Positions 7,593 through 16,228 of a stretch of DNA of 28,240 nucleotides are shown piece after piece. A model generated the notes under the pieces. That model did no database searches, was not told where the DNA came from, and was given only the letters and a program-made list of their open reading frames with translations. The position numbers and the translations under genes are program-made. The stretch covers positions 1 to 28,240 of the forward strand of contig JACPWU010000008.1 in assembly GCA_016196885.1 (NCBI GenBank), written 5' to 3'. The stretch is from Chlamydiota bacterium. Its GTDB lineage: Bacteria > Auribacterota > JACPWU01. Position 1 is the stretch's first letter. Every line of letters begins with the position of its first letter.

Positions 7593-10500
7593 CTAGAAAT
7601 TAAGCGACACCCTCACATTCACACTTCTCTGGGGGATAAAGCGAGCATCAAGCCCAAGCGATTCATAAATAAAATCTTCGTCCAGAATATTGGTGACGCT
7701 TAGAATAATCAGCCCATAGCGTTTGGGAAATTGATAACCGATGGAGGCGTTCCAAATCCAGAAGTCTTGAATGCCATCAGAGCTTCTATATCCCTCCAAA
7801 TCTTGATTGCGCCAAGTGGCGGAAGTCCTGATAAACCAACCTTTGGGGTGGAAAAAATTCAAGCCCGTTCGAAGCCGATGGGTACTACTTTCTTGAAGTG
7901 AAAATTCTTCTTCAAGATGGGCGACTGAATAATCCAAGGTTCCTGTCAGTTGAGAAGTTAGGATTTGGTAAAGGTATGCGTTCAAGATATTTTCTGTGGC
8001 TTCAATGGTAGGATATTCCACGGGGCTTTCTTCTGCCGATACGGTCCCTGTGGATGTATCTACATTAATAATAGAAGAGCTGAAGCCTAAACTTTGTTCG
8101 ACGTTTCGGTGTAAGGCCTCGGCCCCCAAATAAGTTCTTTTTGAAAATTTTTGATCGAGTCCAATGCCATAGCTTCGCGCCTTGTTTCCAGGAATTTCAT
8201 CCACGAGTTGATTAAACCCTGCAATCTGAGTGGGCTCAATGCTCTCCAGATCTGTCAAGCTCACAGGCCCCAAGGTCTCAAAATAAGCGGCTCTCAGGGT
8301 GGTATTGGGCGTAATGTAAAAGGCCAGCCCTGCCTTCGGATCTATTTCATCCACCGTTTGAGTCCCTTCCACGAAAGGGGGCGGAATAGACTTCGCCAAT
8401 TCCAAGCGGCTGTAATTGACAGCTGCAAATGCATCCATCCATTTGAGTAAATGCCAGGTGGTATAGGTATAAACGCGCTGAGATTGTTCAGAAAGATTAT
8501 TGAAAGTGGAGAGGGCTATATTTTCCAGAAAACCCAGGTTGTCAAAAGGGGCACGTCCAATCTCATCATTGTGTGTCTCTGAATCAAAGGCCCCGGCTCC
8601 CGCAACGATGGAAACCCATTCACCATCCCACATCCATTGCCCATCTGCGCGGAGGGCATTGAATTGATCATTTTGAGTTTGATTGGACAGAAATGAATCA
8701 GAGAAAGATTTCACATCAGTATTAAGGGTAAACGCCCGTGTCGAAAAACTTTCTGAGGTTGTGTCGCGCTGGGTATAGAAAAGTTGGCTGATGAAATGAG
8801 ATTCCGGACCGAAGCGATGATGAAATCCTACGCGATGGGTAAGATTGTCAAAATCAAAATCACTTTCCCGATCTCTCCCAAAAATGCTTTCAAAACTCAG
8901 CGTGTCGCTGTAAGTCGGTTGCATTTGTGTGAAGAACAGAACGGATTGTGACCTCGCCCAATCATTTTCCAAATAGCCTCCCGTGTGCTCCGGAAAATAA
9001 CTCAAAGTATAAGAACCTCGTTCGGTGAGCACAGAGTGGAGAACTCGTCCTGAGATGTAATTATCTGCGGATCTGGCAGAACCATCCAGAAAGACGCGTG
9101 CCCTTTGCCGATCAAAAAGAGACGCGTATTCATTAAACGAGGCTTCTCCTCGGATAGAAGGGTCTAGCGGATTAAGACTGAGGGGAACGAGAAGGCGTGT
9201 GATGAGAAGCTCTGAAATAGAAGCCAGTCCCAGTCGAGGGGTATCAATGTAACTTCCGGCGAGTAGGAGATGGGCAGAATAATTGCTGTAGTCCCGGTTC
9301 ATGGATTTAATGGCCTCGATTTGGGCGGCTTCAGAAAATCCAACACTGGTAAACACTTGAGAAAGTCCCGCGCTTCGCACGGCCTGGTCTTGGTCCAGAA
9401 GCATTCGGGAGCGGTACACTGCGCGATTGTCATTGAGCTTAATCGAATCTTCAATTTCCCAAAGGGCTTCCACAGGGCGGGTGTGGGCTAATTTATTGAA
9501 GGCCTCATAGAGGTGAGGGGTCGGGTCTTTCGGGTCCAGCGTTTTTGCCATTTCATATTCTTCAGTGGATAAAGAATCCCGCTTCTCTTCAAAATAGGTC
9601 TTTCCCAAATAGCTCCGGTAAAGGGAAACAGTGGGCTCCAGATGAACGGCCATTTCCATTTGACGCTGTGCCTCCTGGACATGATTTTGCCGAATCAGGG
9701 CAAGGCCCAGACCCAGATGAGGGAGACCATTGGCCGAGTCAAGGAGAGTCGCCTTTTGAAAATAAAAAATTGCTTTTTTCGTTTCATATCGGGTGAGATA
9801 AACGAAACCAATCACTGTGAGAACCCGTCCATCTTCAGGAGAAGTGGAGAGGGCCTCTTGAATGGCGCGAGAGGCCTTTTCAATTTGTCCAAAACCCAAA
9901 TAAAGTTCCATGAGACGGGCCTGGGCCAAATTATTTTTCGGAGAAAATTTCAACGCTTCTTGAGTCCAGTGAAGCGCTTCCTCCAAATGAAAATGGGCTT
10001 GCTCGGCGTAGGACATCGCGAGGGCCGCCGAGGGAGAATTTGGATTTGCCTGAATCGCTTTTTGGGCTAGACGAAGAGCCTCTCCTTTCTGATTTAGAAC
10101 GAGTTTAATCACTGACTCCAGGCTATGTCGAAGCGCCGTGGCATTTGTCTTTTCATCTGGAGAAATTTGTTGGAGAGCGGCCCTCGCTTTTTCAATTTGG
10201 CCAACAGACAGAAAGAGGGAGGCCTGACGAATGGCCTCCGGGATTTCACTTTGCGAATATTCTGAAAGATCTATCAGGGCAGGGTAATAAAGCGCCCACT
10301 CGACTGCATCCAGCGGATGAATGAGAATTTTTTTCGCGGGGGCTTGTCCCTCAAGCGTTGTGATTTCCTCTCCGTCTTCGGCCGTGGTGCTGCCCGTTTG
10401 ATTTGAACAAATCACCTTTCCTCGGATCACAGAAACTTTTGTTTTATCTTCTTCAACCGCAATCGAAAACTCTGTTCCTCGAACTGCGGCACTGACCACA

Positions 10501-10859
10501 GGGGTTTCAATCTCTGGAAATCTTTGGGGCTCTCGACTGAAAAAATAGGCTGTCCCGGAAGACATTTTGAGCGCTTGAGTATCAGAAGGGGTTTTTAATT
10601 CTAAAAGGGTATTTTCATTTAGCCGAATAAAAATGCCCTCTTGGAAAAAAATGCCTGCGCGGCTGTTGGATCCTGTGCGGATTTGATCTTGAGGATCAAG
10701 AGAAGTGTCTGTAGAAGCCCTTGTCCAATTTGTACTTGATGCGTGCTTGACCTCGACAAAACCTTGAACAGAATAAAGCCTGGCCACCTCACCTGCTTTT
10801 ACAAAACCGGCGAGGAGCAGAAAAAAGAAAAATCCCCCCACTGAAATTTTCTTTTTCAA
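7593..10859 (-). CDS. Secreted FecR-domain / TPR-repeat protein fused to a C-terminal outer-membrane beta-barrel
   Basis: 1088 aa. Signal peptide MKKKISVGGFFFFLLLAGFVKAG. FecR-like beta-sandwich (VQGFVEVKHASS...IRTGSNSRAGIFF...GTEFSI). About 300 aa of TPR-like helical repeats. About 500 aa of alternating amphipathic strands ending ...VNVRVSLNF with a terminal aromatic residue, typical of OMPs. Confidence 0.7.
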   Translation of the reverse strand: MKKKISVGGFFFFLLLAGFVKAGEVARLYSVQGFVEVKHASSTNWTRASTDTSLDPQDQIRTGSNSRAGIFFQEGIFIRLNENTLLELKTPSDTQALKMSSGTAYFFSREPQRFPEIETPVVSAAVRGTEFSIAVEEDKTKVSVIRGKVICSNQTGSTTAEDGEEITTLEGQAPAKKILIHPLDAVEWALYYPALIDLSEYSQSEIPEAIRQASLFLSVGQIEKARAALQQISPDEKTNATALRHSLESVIKLVLNQKGEALRLAQKAIQANPNSPSAALAMSYAEQAHFHLEEALHWTQEALKFSPKNNLAQARLMELYLGFGQIEKASRAIQEALSTSPEDGRVLTVIGFVYLTRYETKKAIFYFQKATLLDSANGLPHLGLGLALIRQNHVQEAQRQMEMAVHLEPTVSLYRSYLGKTYFEEKRDSLSTEEYEMAKTLDPKDPTPHLYEAFNKLAHTRPVEALWEIEDSIKLNDNRAVYRSRMLLDQDQAVRSAGLSQVFTSVGFSEAAQIEAIKSMNRDYSNYSAHLLLAGSYIDTPRLGLASISELLITRLLVPLSLNPLDPSIRGEASFNEYASLFDRQRARVFLDGSARSADNYISGRVLHSVLTERGSYTLSYFPEHTGGYLENDWARSQSVLFFTQMQPTYSDTLSFESIFGRDRESDFDFDNLTHRVGFHHRFGPESHFISQLFYTQRDTTSESFSTRAFTLNTDVKSFSDSFLSNQTQNDQFNALRADGQWMWDGEWVSIVAGAGAFDSETHNDEIGRAPFDNLGFLENIALSTFNNLSEQSQRVYTYTTWHLLKWMDAFAAVNYSRLELAKSIPPPFVEGTQTVDEIDPKAGLAFYITPNTTLRAAYFETLGPVSLTDLESIEPTQIAGFNQLVDEIPGNKARSYGIGLDQKFSKRTYLGAEALHRNVEQSLGFSSSIINVDTSTGTVSAEESPVEYPTIEATENILNAYLYQILTSQLTGTLDYSVAHLEEEFSLQESSTHRLRTGLNFFHPKGWFIRTSATWRNQDLEGYRSSDGIQDFWIWNASIGYQFPKRYGLIILSVTNILDEDFIYESLGLDARFIPQRSVNVRVSLNF

Positions 10860-11031
10860 TGACCTCCCAGATTAAAATGAAACAAACTCATTCTATATTA
10901 AAGAAAAGAGTTTTGCAAAGGCCTTTTTCTTTTATCCCATTTTAATTGTTTTTCAATTCATTTCAGTATAGAATGAGCCATTTTCATACATTTGTGTCAT
11001 GTAAATTCTCAGGAAATAAGGAGTTTATTTT

Positions 11032-12798
11032 ATGAGTGGGGCATTGAAGAAAGAGCTTCCTCCAGAAGTGGAAGCCGAGATACAGCGTTTTGAACGAGAA
11101 ATCGCATTGCTTCAATCAGGCCAGTCTCTGCCAGAGGATTTTCAACGCTTTCGTCTTGAGAATGGGATTTATGGGATTCGAGGTTTTCCTGAACTTCACA
11201 TGATTCGTGTGAAAATTCCTTATGGCAATTTAACGGCCGAGCAGACGGAAGTCTTAGCGGATATTGCAGACAAGTATACGCCTGGCAAAGTAGGGCATGT
11301 CACGACGCGTCAGAATGTGCAGTATCATTATGTCAAGCGTCCGGATGTTCCTGTGATCATGCGAAGGCTTGCAGAATGCGGCCTGACAACCCGTGAGGCT
11401 TGCGGAAACACGGTTCGAACAGTAACCGCTTGCCCTTATTCAGGGATTTCTGCTAGGGAAGTTTTTGATGTGGCTCCCTATGCAAACTTGATCTCTCAAT
11501 ATCTTTTGAGAAATCCCCTCAATCAAACCATGCCCCGAAAATTTAAAATCGCTTTTGAAGGATGCCCTGAGGATCATGCCCGTGTGCCTATTCATGATTT
11601 GGGCTTTGTCGCCAAAATGAAAGGGGTCAATGGCAAGAACGTGAAGGGCTTTCAGGTTTATATCGGGGGAGGACTGGGCGCAACGCCTCGGTCTCCCATG
11701 TTGCTCGAGGAATTTACGCCTGAAGAACTTTTTATTCCTACGGTCGAGGCTGTGATTCGTACTTACGATCGTCACGGAAATCGCAAGGATCGGGCTCGCG
11801 CGAGAATTAAATTTCTCGTCAAGGATTGGGGAGAAGAAGAGTTTAGAAAAAGGATTTTGGATGAGCGTAAGACTGCTTATCTAACTCAATCCGGAAAGGC
11901 GCTTTTAGCCAAGGCTCAAATTTATGAAGAGAAGGCGCCTGAGGTAGAAATTCCAAAGGGGTATCCTATTCTCACCACCGTTGAATCTGCTGGTTATGAA
12001 AGATGGCGCTCGACCAATATTTTTAAGCAAAAGCAAGCGGGCTTTGTGGGGGTGATCATTCGCTGCCCCTTGGGGGACATTACAGTGCCTCAGTTGCGTA
12101 AAGCGGCTCAGATTGCTCGCAAGTATTGCGGCGGCCGTCTTCGCATTTTAATTTCTCAAAATATTATTTTGAGATGGATCCCAGAAAAAGTTCTTCCTTG
12201 GGTTTATAAAGAACTGTCTGATGCGGGGATTGGGCTTCACTCTGCAGAGAGAGTGGCCGATATCACGCGTTGCCCGGGTGCAGACACGTGCCAGATTGCG
12301 ATCACGCATTCGAGAGGCCTTGCTGCAAATTTAACTCCTCTTTTTAACAATGGTCTAGGGAGTGAAGAGGCTCTGCAAGATGTCAAAATTAAAATATCAG
12401 GCTGCTTTAATTCTTGCGGCCAGCACCACATTGCCGACATAGGTTTTTACGGCATGGGTAAACGTGTGGGGGATCGTGAAGTTCCTCACTATCAAATGCT
12501 TTTGGGTGGTGGAACGCAAGAAGGGTTAGCCTATTTTGGCTCTGCCATTGCGATGATCCCAGCCAAACGCGTCAAAGAGGCCGTGGATAAAATCTTGAAA
12601 TTTTTCTTGGCTCAAAAAAATCCGAACGAATCTTTTAAAGATTTTATCAAGCGCCAGGGCATTCCCAAATTCAAAGAAATGGTTCAGGAGTTTCAGCAGA
12701 TCCCTGCCTTCGATGTCGCTCCTGAATATTATGAAGACCTTGGGGATGAAGGCAAGGCCTTCAAAATGGAAGTCGGCAAAGGCGAGTGCGCGGTATAA
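11032..12798 (+). CDS. Ferredoxin-dependent sulfite/nitrite reductase (siroheme/4Fe-4S hemoprotein)
   Basis: 588 aa. Duplicated NIR_SIR ferredoxin-like and 4Fe-4S domains. Cluster/siroheme cysteines in TRCPGADTCQIA...SGCFNSCGQHHIADIGF. AAGGAG RBS 9 nt upstream of the ATG. Confidence 0.85.
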   Translation: MSGALKKELPPEVEAEIQRFEREIALLQSGQSLPEDFQRFRLENGIYGIRGFPELHMIRVKIPYGNLTAEQTEVLADIADKYTPGKVGHVTTRQNVQYHYVKRPDVPVIMRRLAECGLTTREACGNTVRTVTACPYSGISAREVFDVAPYANLISQYLLRNPLNQTMPRKFKIAFEGCPEDHARVPIHDLGFVAKMKGVNGKNVKGFQVYIGGGLGATPRSPMLLEEFTPEELFIPTVEAVIRTYDRHGNRKDRARARIKFLVKDWGEEEFRKRILDERKTAYLTQSGKALLAKAQIYEEKAPEVEIPKGYPILTTVESAGYERWRSTNIFKQKQAGFVGVIIRCPLGDITVPQLRKAAQIARKYCGGRLRILISQNIILRWIPEKVLPWVYKELSDAGIGLHSAERVADITRCPGADTCQIAITHSRGLAANLTPLFNNGLGSEEALQDVKIKISGCFNSCGQHHIADIGFYGMGKRVGDREVPHYQMLLGGGTQEGLAYFGSAIAMIPAKRVKEAVDKILKFFLAQKNPNESFKDFIKRQGIPKFKEMVQEFQQIPAFDVAPEYYEDLGDEGKAFKMEVGKGECAV

Positions 12799-12839
12799 TT
12801 CGGGCTGATTTTCGCTTTCAAAAGTGCTATGATAACGGT

Positions 12840-13034
12840 ATGACGAAGCGTGAGTTGTTAATAGGTCAGATTCAGAAGGTTCCTGATTCTCTCATCGAGG
12901 AAGTTTTGGATTTTATCAGCTTTTTGAAATCTAAGGTTCTTAAAGAGAAGCATCATCCCTTGTTTATCAGTGAGTCCTCGCTTCAAAAAGATTGGTTGCG
13001 TCCGGAGGAGGAGGAAAGTTGGAAAAATTTGTAA
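12840..13034 (+). CDS. Type II antitoxin (DUF2281-like)
   Basis: 64 aa starting from the internal ATG at 12840: MTKRELLIGQIQKVPDSLIEEVLDFISFLKSK... with an acidic C-terminus. The stop overlaps the toxin start region. Confidence 0.6.
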   Translation: MTKRELLIGQIQKVPDSLIEEVLDFISFLKSKVLKEKHHPLFISESSLQKDWLRPEEEESWKNL

Positions 13035-13351
13035 AAGGTGACGTCGTCGTTATTCCTTTTCCTTTTTCAGATTTGAGCCAAGCCAAGCGTCGTCCAGCTC
13101 TTGTGATTACTCCCCTTGAAGGCAACGACTTAATTCTGTGTCAAATTACAAGCAAGTTGATCCGGGATTCATACGCCATTTCCTTGGAGAATGTTGATTT
13201 TGAGGAGGGGATGTTGAATCAGGCAAGTAATGTTCGACCTAATCGAATCTTTACAGCGGATCGTCAGATTATTTTGTATCGAGTTGGCAAATTAAAACAG
13301 ACGAAATTCAAGATCATTGTTGATGCATTAATCAATATTATTCGTGGTTAG
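13019..13351 (+). CDS. Type II toxin, PemK/MazF-family endoribonuclease
   Basis: KGDVVVIPFPFSDLSQAKRRPALVI...ILCQITSK is the canonical MazF/PemK N-terminal core. Probable TTG start at 13019 preceded by GGAGGAGGAGGA; the track start at 12992 is less likely. Confidence 0.8.
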   Translation: MEKFVKGDVVVIPFPFSDLSQAKRRPALVITPLEGNDLILCQITSKLIRDSYAISLENVDFEEGMLNQASNVRPNRIFTADRQIILYRVGKLKQTKFKIIVDALINIIRG

Positions 13352-13380
13352 AACTTGGCGAGTTTCTTTCATGATTTCCA

Positions 13381-14619
13381 ATGACTTCTGAAAATTCTTC
13401 CAAACGCAATTCTTCCTGGTTCACCCGCGAGATATTCGGTTTTGGACTCACCAGCTTTTTTAGCGATTTAGCCCATGAAGTGGCCACCACACTCCTTCCT
13501 GTTTTTCTTGCTTCTTTGGGAGCACCTCCCTACGCGGTGGGTTTGGTCGAGGGGGTTGCGGATGGCCTGGCCAATGTGGGGAAACTTCTGGGGGGTTGGT
13601 TGAGCGATCGTTTTCAAAAGCGTAAATCCTTTGCCTTGGCGGGATACGTTTTAACGGGGCTCACTCAAGGGCTTTTTGGCCTGGTCACTTTTTGGCCCCA
13701 GGCCCTTTTTGCGAGATCTATTGGTTGGTTAGGCCGTGGTTGGCGTGGCCCTATTCGCGACGCTCTTTTTCATGAATCAATCTGCAAGGAAGTTTCGGGT
13801 CGGGCCTTTGGTTTTGAGCGGGCCATGGACACATTGGGAGCCGTGATTGCTCCCATGGCCGTATTTTTTCTCGTTTCCGAAATAGGCTATCGCCCTCTTT
13901 TTTTATGTACGTGGATTCCGGGTGGTTTGGCTGTTTTGTGCTTCGCATTTTTTATCAAGGAAAAGCCACATCCTTTAAAAAGTTCCTTTTCCCTTTTTAA
14001 AGGGATTAAATCTTTTTCTCCTCGCTATCGAAAATTTCTTCTTGCAGTCACTTGTTTTGGTCTTGCAGATTTTTCCCATACAATCCTCATTTTTTGGGCG
14101 GGGCGGAGCATGACGCGTTTTTATGGAGTCGAGGAAGCCAGCCAGCGTGCCATTTTACTTTATGTTTTTCACAATATTGTCTATGCGGCGGCTTCTTATC
14201 CCATGGGTTATTGGGGGGATAAAATAGGAAAGTTTCGGGTGCTGGCTTTAGGGTATGGACTTGCCTGCATCATGTTTCTAGGGCTTTTTTTTGCAGGTGG
14301 AAATTTTAAAGCACTCTTTTTTGTTTTTGTCATCGGCGGGCTTTATGTGGCGATTCAAGATACCCTTGAAAGGGCCATTGCGGGCGATTTAACCCCCAAA
14401 GAAATCAAGGGAACCGCTTATGGGGTTTTGGCCTCTTTGAATGGTGTGGGAGATTTTTTATCCAGCTTAATGGTAGGAATTTTGCTTTCCTGTAATATTC
14501 CTCAACTTGCTTTTGGGTATTGCTTTTTGTTGGCCCTTTTTGGGATGATGCTTGTTCTGAGATTGGCAGATGGAGAAAATCATAAAAGCAAAAACAGTAA
14601 CCCCCCTGGCCCCCCTTAA
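13381..14619 (+). CDS. MFS transporter
   Basis: 412 aa with about 12 hydrophobic segments. The loop 2-3 motif GWLSDRFQKRK is typical of the major facilitator superfamily. Confidence 0.8.
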   Translation: MTSENSSKRNSSWFTREIFGFGLTSFFSDLAHEVATTLLPVFLASLGAPPYAVGLVEGVADGLANVGKLLGGWLSDRFQKRKSFALAGYVLTGLTQGLFGLVTFWPQALFARSIGWLGRGWRGPIRDALFHESICKEVSGRAFGFERAMDTLGAVIAPMAVFFLVSEIGYRPLFLCTWIPGGLAVLCFAFFIKEKPHPLKSSFSLFKGIKSFSPRYRKFLLAVTCFGLADFSHTILIFWAGRSMTRFYGVEEASQRAILLYVFHNIVYAAASYPMGYWGDKIGKFRVLALGYGLACIMFLGLFFAGGNFKALFFVFVIGGLYVAIQDTLERAIAGDLTPKEIKGTAYGVLASLNGVGDFLSSLMVGILLSCNIPQLAFGYCFLLALFGMMLVLRLADGENHKSKNSNPPGPP

Positions 14620-14705
14620 ATAAGGGGGGGGGGGGGAGCGGGAAAAAACCTTAAATAAAGGGGAGCGGGAAAAAACCTTGAATAAGGGGGGAACGGGAAA
14701 AAACC
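14616..14705. repeat. Three tandem 27-35-bp repeats with variable G runs (13, 4, 6), ending 1 nt before the cmoA ATG
   Basis: Copy 1: TTAAATAAG(13)AGCGGGAAAAAACC (14616-14650). Copy 2: TTAAATAAAGGGGAGCGGGAAAAAACC (14651-14677). Copy 3: TTGAATAAGGGGGGAACGGGAAAAAACC (14678-14705). The G13 run is 14624-14636. CCCCCC at 14610-14615 can pair with the G run. Confidence 0.9.
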
Positions 14706-14706
14706 T

Positions 14707-15432
14707 ATGAAAAAAGATAAATTATACGTACGTCAGAAGAAGACACTTGCGGATTTCAATTTTGGTGAAAAAACGGCGCAAGTTTTTGATGACATGTTGG
14801 ACCGAAGCATCCCTCTTTATAGAGAACTTCAGAGAATGATCGGGGAAATGGCCTCGGAATTTGTAGCCCCAAATACCTCTATCTACGATTTGGGATGTTC
14901 CACGGGAATTACTTTATCTACCTTGATGCAGGCCGTCTCTCAGGACGTAAAATTTGTTGGGGTGGATTCTTCAGAGGCTATGTTGGATCAATGCCGGGGC
15001 AAAATGAAAAAGTTCGAGAATAAAAGACCTTTGAAACTGATTTGTGCAGATTTGAATAAGGGATGTGCCATTCAAAATGCCTCTGTCGTGGTCCTTAATC
15101 TAACGCTTCAATTTATACGACCTTTGTGTCGAGACAAACTGATTCAGTCTATTTATCAAGGGCTTCGTGAAAAGGGCTGTCTGATCGTTGTTGAGAAGGT
15201 GTTGGGTAATGATTCTCTTTTTAATCGGATGTTTATTAAGTTTTATTATGATTTTAAAAAGAAAAACGGATACACCGATATGGAAATTGCTCAAAAGAGA
15301 GAGGCCTTAGAAAACGTCCTCATCCCTTATCGAGTGGATGAAAATGCGGCGCTCCTCAGGAAAAATGGGTTCTCTCAGGTGGATGTTTTTTTTAAGTGGT
15401 ACAATTTTTGCGGTATTTTAGGGGTTAAATGA
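14707..15432 (+). CDS. cmoA: Carboxy-S-adenosyl-L-methionine synthase
   Basis: 241 aa, collinear with my recollection of E. coli CmoA. Matching blocks: FGEKTAQVFDDMLDRSIPLY, IYDLGCSTG, NASVVVLNLTLQF, YDFKKKNGYTDMEIAQKREALENV, FFKWYNFCGILG. Confidence 0.85.
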   Translation: MKKDKLYVRQKKTLADFNFGEKTAQVFDDMLDRSIPLYRELQRMIGEMASEFVAPNTSIYDLGCSTGITLSTLMQAVSQDVKFVGVDSSEAMLDQCRGKMKKFENKRPLKLICADLNKGCAIQNASVVVLNLTLQFIRPLCRDKLIQSIYQGLREKGCLIVVEKVLGNDSLFNRMFIKFYYDFKKKNGYTDMEIAQKREALENVLIPYRVDENAALLRKNGFSQVDVFFKWYNFCGILGVK

Positions 15433-16154
15433 AACTGTTTATTAAATTGGGACAATTTTTTTTCAAATTCAGAGATTTTTTATTTGGTCCTGTGTTTTTA
15501 GGAAGCGCCCTTTTGGGAAAACCCAGATTTCCGGGTGGCAATCCTCATTTGGATTTGGATTTGGTGATGGATTTGTGCGGGGTTGCCATTGCCGCTTCTG
15601 GCGAGGTTTTGCGCTCGCTTACCGTTGGCTATGAATATATCAAGCGTGGAGGACTGAATAAAAAAGTTTATGCGGATCATTTGGTGACCGGAGGTGTTTT
15701 TGCTCATAGCCGTAATCCTCTTTATCTGGGAAATTTTTTAATTTTATTGGGCTTGGCGTTAATCATTAATTCATGGGCCGTTTACTGGATCGGAATTCCT
15801 CTTTTCTTATTAGGTTACGGTTCTATTATTGCAGTTGAAGAAAATTTCTTGAGAGGTAAATTTGGAAAAGAGTACGAGGATTATTGTCAGCGGGTGAATC
15901 GTTTTTGGCCCCGTGGGTCGGGCTTTCAAAAATCCATTGAAGGGATGACCTTTAATTGGAAACGCGTGATAAGCAAAGAACATGGCACTTTTTATGTGTG
16001 GGTTTCGGGTGCTCTTCTTTTGAGAATGATTTCTCTTTATTTTGTTTTGGGTCAAGAGGCTGTCCCTCAGATCCGAGGCTTGTCTTGGGTTTTCCTTCCT
16101 TTAGTCTTGTCTTACGTGCTTGTACGATTTTTTAAAAAAACACATCGGATTTAA
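15429..16154 (+). CDS. Integral-membrane methyltransferase of the ICMT/PEMT family
   Basis: 241 aa with several TM segments. Family signature HLVTGGVFAHSRNPLYLGNFLILLG...VEENFLRGKFGKEYEDYCQRVNRFWP. The start ATG overlaps the cmoA TGA (ATGA). Confidence 0.8.
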   Translation: MKLFIKLGQFFFKFRDFLFGPVFLGSALLGKPRFPGGNPHLDLDLVMDLCGVAIAASGEVLRSLTVGYEYIKRGGLNKKVYADHLVTGGVFAHSRNPLYLGNFLILLGLALIINSWAVYWIGIPLFLLGYGSIIAVEENFLRGKFGKEYEDYCQRVNRFWPRGSGFQKSIEGMTFNWKRVISKEHGTFYVWVSGALLLRMISLYFVLGQEAVPQIRGLSWVFLPLVLSYVLVRFFKKTHRI

Positions 16155-16228
16155 TCGGTTGATTTTCCAAGACAAAAACCCTTTTTTTTGATATTCTGAA
16201 GAACTCTTTTAAGGAGCATGAAATCAAA

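Noticed and set aside
14624-14636. G13 homopolymer as a proven phase-variation switch
   Set aside because: Long homopolymers are also a common sequencing or polishing artefact. Without reads the length cannot be trusted, so it is reported only as a candidate.
14616-14705. Possible CRISPR array (also considered for the heptad arrays)
   Set aside because: The repeats are directly contiguous with no spacers, the units are 7 or 27-35 bp with only 3-6 copies, and there are no cas genes in the window.
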